Positions 38,501 to 43,721 of a stretch of 43,721 bases of DNA are shown here, one piece after another (position 1 is the stretch's first letter; each line of letters begins with the position of its first letter). Below the pieces are notes generated by a model. It made no database searches and was not told where the DNA came from. It was given only the letters and a program-made list of their open reading frames with translations. This DNA comes from Utricularia gibba. Its lineage: Eukaryota; Plantae; Magnoliophyta. The stretch covers positions 1-43,721 of the forward strand of contig NEEC01000285.1 in the NCBI GenBank assembly GCA_002189035.1, given 5' to 3'. The translations under genes were made by a program, and so were the position numbers.

Positions 38501-41500
38501 TGAGCTTCGAAAGTGTGTCGTGAACGTGGCTCATCACGGTTTTCAAGATATCGACAAAATACGGAATGGTGCACGAGGCCTGCATCAGGTGTGGGTTGGA
38601 ACACAACCGTGCATTGTAAGGGATCGCCTCAAAAACAAAAATTTCACACCTTCCAATGAAATGCATATGTTTTGCAAGCGAGAGAAATCACATTTTGCGT
38701 CGAATTGGAAGCCCCGAGTCGCATCATCGCGAACGTCGTGGCCACTTTGTGGCACAATTGAAGGCTAATATAAGGCAATAATTCGAGCTCTGATACATCG
38801 TCGGACGACGAAGCTTCAAAAACGGAAGATGACCGCTCTGGAATGAGCTTCGAAACGGTGTGTCGTGCGCAACGTGGCTCATCACGGTTTTCAAGATATC
38901 GACAAAATACGGAATGGTGCACGAGGCCTTCATCAGGTGTGGGTTGGAACACAACCGTGCATTGTAAGGGATCGCCTCTAAAACAAAAATTTCACACCTT
39001 CCAATGAAATGCATGTTTTGCAAGCGAGAAATCACATTTGCGTCGAATTGGAAGCCCGAGTCGCATCATCGCGAACGTCGTGGCCACTTTGTGGCACAAT
39101 TGAAGGGTAATATAAGGCAATAATTCGAGCTCTGATATATTGTCGGACGACGAAGCTTCAAAAACGGAAGATGACCGCCCTGGAATGAGCTTCGAAACGG
39201 TGTGTCGTGTGCAACAAGGCTCATCACGGTTTTCAAGATATTTACAAAATACGGAATGGTGCACGAGGCCTGCATCAGGTGTGGGTTGGAACACAACCGT
39301 GGCATTGTAAGGGATCGCCTCTAAAACAAAAATTTCACACCTTCCAATGAAATGCATATGTTTTGCAAGCGAGAAATCACATTCGCGTCGAATGGAAGCC
39401 CCGAGTCGCATCATCGCGAACGTCGTGGCCACTTTGTGGCACAATTGAAGGGTAATATAAGGCAATAATTCGAGCTCTGATATATTGTCGGACGACGAAG
39501 CTTCAAAAACGGAAGATGACCGCCCTGAATGAGCTTCGAAACGGTGTGTCGTGCGCAACGTGGCTCATCACGGTTTTCAAGATATCGAAAATACGGAATG
39601 GTGCACGAGGCCTGCATCAGGTGTGGGTTGGAACACAACCGTGGCATTGTAAGGGATCGCCTCAAAAACAAAAATTTCACACCTTCCAATGAAATGCATA
39701 TGTTTTGAAAGCGAGAAATCCATTCGCGTCGAATCGGAAGTCCGAGTCGCATCATCGCGAACGTCGTGGCACTTTGTGGCACAATTGAAGGGTAATATAA
39801 GGCAATAATTCGAGCTCTGATATATTGTCGGACGACGAAGCTTCCAAAACGGAAGATGACCGCCCGGAATGAGCTTCGAAACGGTGTGTCGTGCGCAACG
39901 TGGCTCATCACGGTTTCAAGATATCGACAAAATACGGAATGGTGCACGAGGCCTGCATCAGGTGTGGGTTGGAACACAACCGTGGCATTGTAAAGGATCG
40001 CCTCAAAAACAAAAATTTCACACCTTCCAATGAAATGCATATGTTTTGAAAGCGAGAAATCCATTTGCGTCGAATCGGAAGCCCGAGTCGCATCATCGCG
40101 AACGTCGTGGCCACTTTGTGGCACAATTGAAGGCTAATATAAGGCAATAATTCGAGCTCTGATATATCGTCGGACGACGAAGCTTCAAAAACGGAAGATG
40201 ACCGCTCTGGAATGAGCTTCGAAACGGTGTGTCGTGTGCAACAAGGCTCATCACGGTTTTCAAGATATTTACAAAATACGGAATGGTGCACGAGGCCTGC
40301 ATCAGGTGTGGGTTGGAACACACCGTGGCATTGTAAGGGATCGCCTCTAAAACAAAAATTTCACACCTTCCAATGAAATCCATATGTCTTGAAGCGAGAA
40401 ATCCCATTCGCGTCGAATCGGAAGTCCGAGGTCGCATCATCGCGAACGTCGTGGCCACTTTGTGGCACAATTGAAGGCTAATATAAGGCAATAATTCGAG
40501 CTCTGATATATTGTCGGACGAAGCTTCCAAAACGGAAGATGACCGCCCTGGAATGAGCTTCGAAAGTGTGTCGTGCGCAACGTGGCTCATCACGGTTTCA
40601 AGATATCGATAAAAATACGGAATGGTGCACGAGGCCTGCATCAGGTGTGGGTTGGAACACAACCGTGCATTGTAAGGGATCGCCTCAAAAACAAAAATTT
40701 CACACCTTCCAATGAAATGCATATGTTTTGCAAGCGAGAAATCACATTTGCGTCGAATTGGAAGCCCGAGTCGCATCATCGCGAACGTCGTGGCCACTTT
40801 GTGGCACAATTGAAGGCTAATATAAGGCAATAATTCGAGCTCTGATACATCGTCGGACGACGAAGCTTCAAAAACGGAAGATGACCGCCTGGAATGAGCT
40901 TCGAAACGGTGTGTCGTGCGCACGTGGCTCATCGGTTTTCAAGATATCGACAAAATACGGAATGGTGCACGAGGCCTTCATCAGGTGTGGGTTGGAACAC
41001 ACCGTGGCATTGTAAGGGATCGCCTCTAAAACAAAAATTTCACACCTTCCAATGAAATGCATATGTTTTGCAAGCGAGAAATCACATTTGCGTCGAATTG
41101 GAAGCCCCGAGTCGCATCATCGCGAACGTCGTGGCCACTTTGTGGCACAATTGAAGGGTAATATAAGGCAATAATTCGATCTGATATATTGTCGGACGAC
41201 GAAGCTTCAAAAACGGAAGATGACCGCCTGGAATGAGCTTCGAAACGGTGTGTCGTGCGCAACGTGGCTCATCACGGTTTCAAGATATCGAGAAAATACG
41301 GAATGGTGCACGAGGCCTGCATCAGGTGTGGGTTGGAACACAACCGTGCATTGTAAGGGATCGCCTCAAAAACAAAAATTTCACACCTTCCAATGAAATG
41401 CATATGTTTTGAAAGCGAGAAATCCATTCGCGTCGAATCGGAAGTCCGAGTCGCATCATCGCGAACGTCGTGGCCACTTTGTGGCACAATTGAAGGGTAA

Positions 41501-42215
41501 TATAAGGCAATAATTCGAGCTCTGATATATTGTCGGACGAAAGCTTCCAAAACGGAAGATGACCGCCTGGAATGAGCTTCGAAACGGTGTGTCGTGCGCA
41601 ACGTGGCTCATCACGGTTTTCAAGATATCGACAAAATACGGAATGGTGCACGAGGCCTGCATCAGGTGTGGTTGGAACACAACCGTGCATTGTAAGGGAT
41701 CGCCTCAAAACAAAAATTTCACACCTTCCAATGAAATGCATATGTTTTGCAAGCGAGAAATCACATTTGCGTCGAATTGGAAGCCCGAGTCGCATCATCG
41801 CGAACGTCGTGGCCACTTTGTGGCACAATTGAAGGCTAATATAAGGCAATAATTCGAGCTCTGATACATCGTCGGACGACGAAGCTTCAAAAACGGAAGA
41901 TGACCGCTCTGGAATGAGCTTCGAAACGGGTGTGTGTCGTGTGCAACGGCTCATCACGGTTTTCAAGATATACAAAATACGGAATGGTGCACGAGGCCTG
42001 CATCAGGTGTGGGTTGGAACACAACCGTGGCATTGTAAGGGTTCGCCTCTAAAACAAAAATTTCACACCTTCCAATGAAATCCATATGTCTTGAATGCGA
42101 GAAAACCCATTCGCGTCGAATCGGAAGTCCGAGGTCGCATCATCGCGAACGTCGTGGCCACTTTGTGGCACAATTGAAGGCTAATATAAGGCAATAATTC
42201 GAGCTCTGATATATT

Positions 42216-42246
42216 TTAAACGTTTGGGGCGGGGGGGTGTGTGTGT
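42216..42246. other. Low-complexity G/GT-rich patch replacing ~65 bp of monomer (probable base-calling artefact)
   Basis: TTAAACGTTTGGGGCGGGGGGGTGTGTGTGTC sits where GTCGGACGACGAAGC...GGTGTGTCGTG is expected. It occurs once, and its monomer (42182-42487) is only 306 bp. Confidence 0.55.
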
Positions 42247-43109
42247 CAACGTGGCTCATCACGGTTTTCAAGATATCGATAAAATACGGAATGGTGCACG
42301 AGGCCTCATCAGGTGTGGGTTGGAACACAACCGTGGCATTGTAAGGGTTCGCCTCTAAAACAAAAATTTCATACCTTCCAATGAAATCCATATGTCTTGA
42401 ATGCGAGAAAACCCATTCGCGTCGAATCGGAAGTCCGAGGTCGCATCATCGCGAACGTCGTGGCCACTTTGTGGCACAATTGAAGGCTAATATAAGGCAA
42501 TAATTCGAGCTCTGATATATTGTCGAACGACAAAGCTTGCAAAACGGAAGATGACCGCCTCGGAATGAGCTTCGAAACGGTGTGTCGTGTGCAACAAGGC
42601 TCATCACGGTTTTCAAGATATCGACAAAATACGGAATGGTGCACGAGGCCTGCATCAGGTGTGGTTGGAACACACCGTGGCATTGTAAGGGATCGCCTCA
42701 AAAACAAAAATTTCACACCTTCCAATGAAATCCATATGTTTTGAAAGCGAGAAATCCCATTCGCGTCGAATCGGAAGTCCGAGGTCGCATCATCGCGCGA
42801 ACGTCGTGGCCACTTTTGGCACAATTGAAGGTAATATAAGGCAATAATTCAGCTCTGATATATTGTCGGACAATGAAGCTTCCAAAACGGAAGATGACCG
42901 CCCTAGAATGAGCTTCGAAACGGTGTGTCGTCGACGTGGCTCATCACGGTTTCAAGATATCGATAAAATACGGAATGGTGCACGAGGCCTGCATCAGGTG
43001 TGGGTTGGAACACAACCGTGCATTGTAAGGGATCGCCTAAAACAAAAATTTCACACCTTCCAATGAAATGCATATCTTTTGCAAGCGAAATCACATTTGC
43101 GTCGAATTG

Positions 43110-43132
43110 AATTGTCACGGTTCGTGGTGTGT
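43110..43132. other. Garbled patch replacing ~45 bp of monomer (probable base-calling artefact)
   Basis: AATTGTCACGGTTCGTGGTGTGT replaces GAAGCCCCGAGTCGCATCATCGCGAACGTCGTGGCCACT. It occurs once, and its monomer (42832-43150) is 319 bp. Confidence 0.5.
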
Positions 43133-43492
43133 TGTGGCACAATTGAAGGCTAATATAAGGCAATAATTCGATCTCTGATACATCGTCGGACGACGAAGCT
43201 TCAAAAACGGAAGATGACCGCTCTGGAATGAGCTTCGAAACGGTGTGTGTGCAACGCGGCTCATCACGTTTTTAAGATATCGACAAAATACGGAATGGTG
43301 CACGAGGCCTTCATCAGGTGTGGGTTGGAACACACACCGTTGCATTGTAAGGGATCGCCTCTAAAACGAAAATTTCACACCTTCCAATGAAATGCATATG
43401 TTTTGCAAGCGAGAAATCCAATTCGCGTCGAATCGGAAGTCCGAGGTCGCATCATCGCGAACGTCGTGGCCACTTTTGGCACAATTGAAGGG

Positions 43493-43721
43493 TAATATAA
43501 GGCAATAATTCCAGCTCTGATATATTGTCGGACAAAAGCTTCCAAAACGGAAGATGACCGCCCTAGAATGAGCTTCGAAACAGTGTGTCGTACGCTACGT
43601 GGCTCATCACGGTTTCAAGATATCGATAAAATACGGAATGGTGCACGAGGCCTGCATCAGGTGTGGGTTGGACACAACCGTGCCATTGTAAGGGATCGCC
43701 TCAAAAACAAAAATTTCACAC
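43493..43721. repeat. Partial monomer cut by the window end
   Basis: Starts TAATATAAGG at 43493 and stops at AAATTTCACAC, about two-thirds through a monomer. Confidence 0.95.

Larger units (their letters stand above)
1..43721. repeat. Tandem satellite DNA array, ~340-346 bp monomer, ~128-130 copies, single orientation, family unassigned
   Basis: The anchor GGCACAATTGAAGG(C/G)TAATATAAGG recurs throughout. Monomer starts (TAATATAAGG) at 1, 346, 683, 1021, 1367, 1703, 2045, 2388, 2733, 3071, 3414, 3753, 4095, 4433, 4764 ... 42832, 43151, 43493. No reverse-complement copy or unique insert was seen. The array runs off both ends of the window. Confidence 0.98.

Noticed and set aside
32-43345. Hundreds of 60-302 aa ORFs in the supplied track
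   Set aside because: All are the same few peptides read from the repeat in different frames and broken by indels. I recognise no protein domain, and subfamily variants are non-synonymous or create stops. No CDS is called.
1-43721. Rolling-circle concatemer of a ~340-nt circle (viroid, viroid-like RNA or small eccDNA)
   Set aside because: The unit size is in the viroid range, but units fall into linked haplotypes with alternation, domains and local duplications, which a single template cannot produce. I saw no pospiviroid central conserved region and no ribozyme.
1-43721. CRISPR array
   Set aside because: There are no unique spacers; the full 340 bp repeats, and no cas genes are present.
1-43721. 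Functional 5S rDNA array (unit size is compatible)
   Set aside because: There is no intact 120-nt 5S sequence or box C. Only scattered short matches exist, reported separately as a weak finding.
1-43721. Primate alpha-satellite 340-bp dimer
   Set aside because: Only the length matches. The sequence is 48% GC and CpG-rich, with no 171-bp sub-period and no alphoid motifs.
1-43721. Synthetic polylinker-like construct (many restriction sites per unit)
   Set aside because: Subfamily structure, deamination-type variants and local duplications indicate natural array evolution. No vector, marker or adapter sequence was seen.

Overview
The whole 43,721-bp window is one uninterrupted head-to-tail tandem (satellite) array: roughly 128-130 copies of a ~340-bp monomer (measured 331-346 bp; hand-built full-length consensus 346 bp), about 48% GC and CpG-rich, all in one orientation. 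I found no unique sequence, genes, RNA genes, transposon insertions or inversions. All ORFs in the track are frame-shifted readings of the same monomer. I do not recognise the family; the size and organisation fit a eukaryotic dinucleosome-length centromeric or subtelomeric satellite. Scattered deletion-biased indels and a few garbled patches suggest a raw or lightly polished long read. Real structure is still visible from co-segregating substitutions: A/B monomer alternation (1.7-10.5 kb), a different subfamily domain (~12-23.8 kb), and a 687-bp dimer duplication followed by a duplicated trimer with ~200-bp-deleted monomers (27.2-30.2 kb). The monomer also contains a diverged internal duplication (~135-138 bp offset), and the deletion appears to fall in that register. 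I see no evidence for a new gene-based system; the interest lies in satellite architecture and evolution. All counts and alignments were done by hand.
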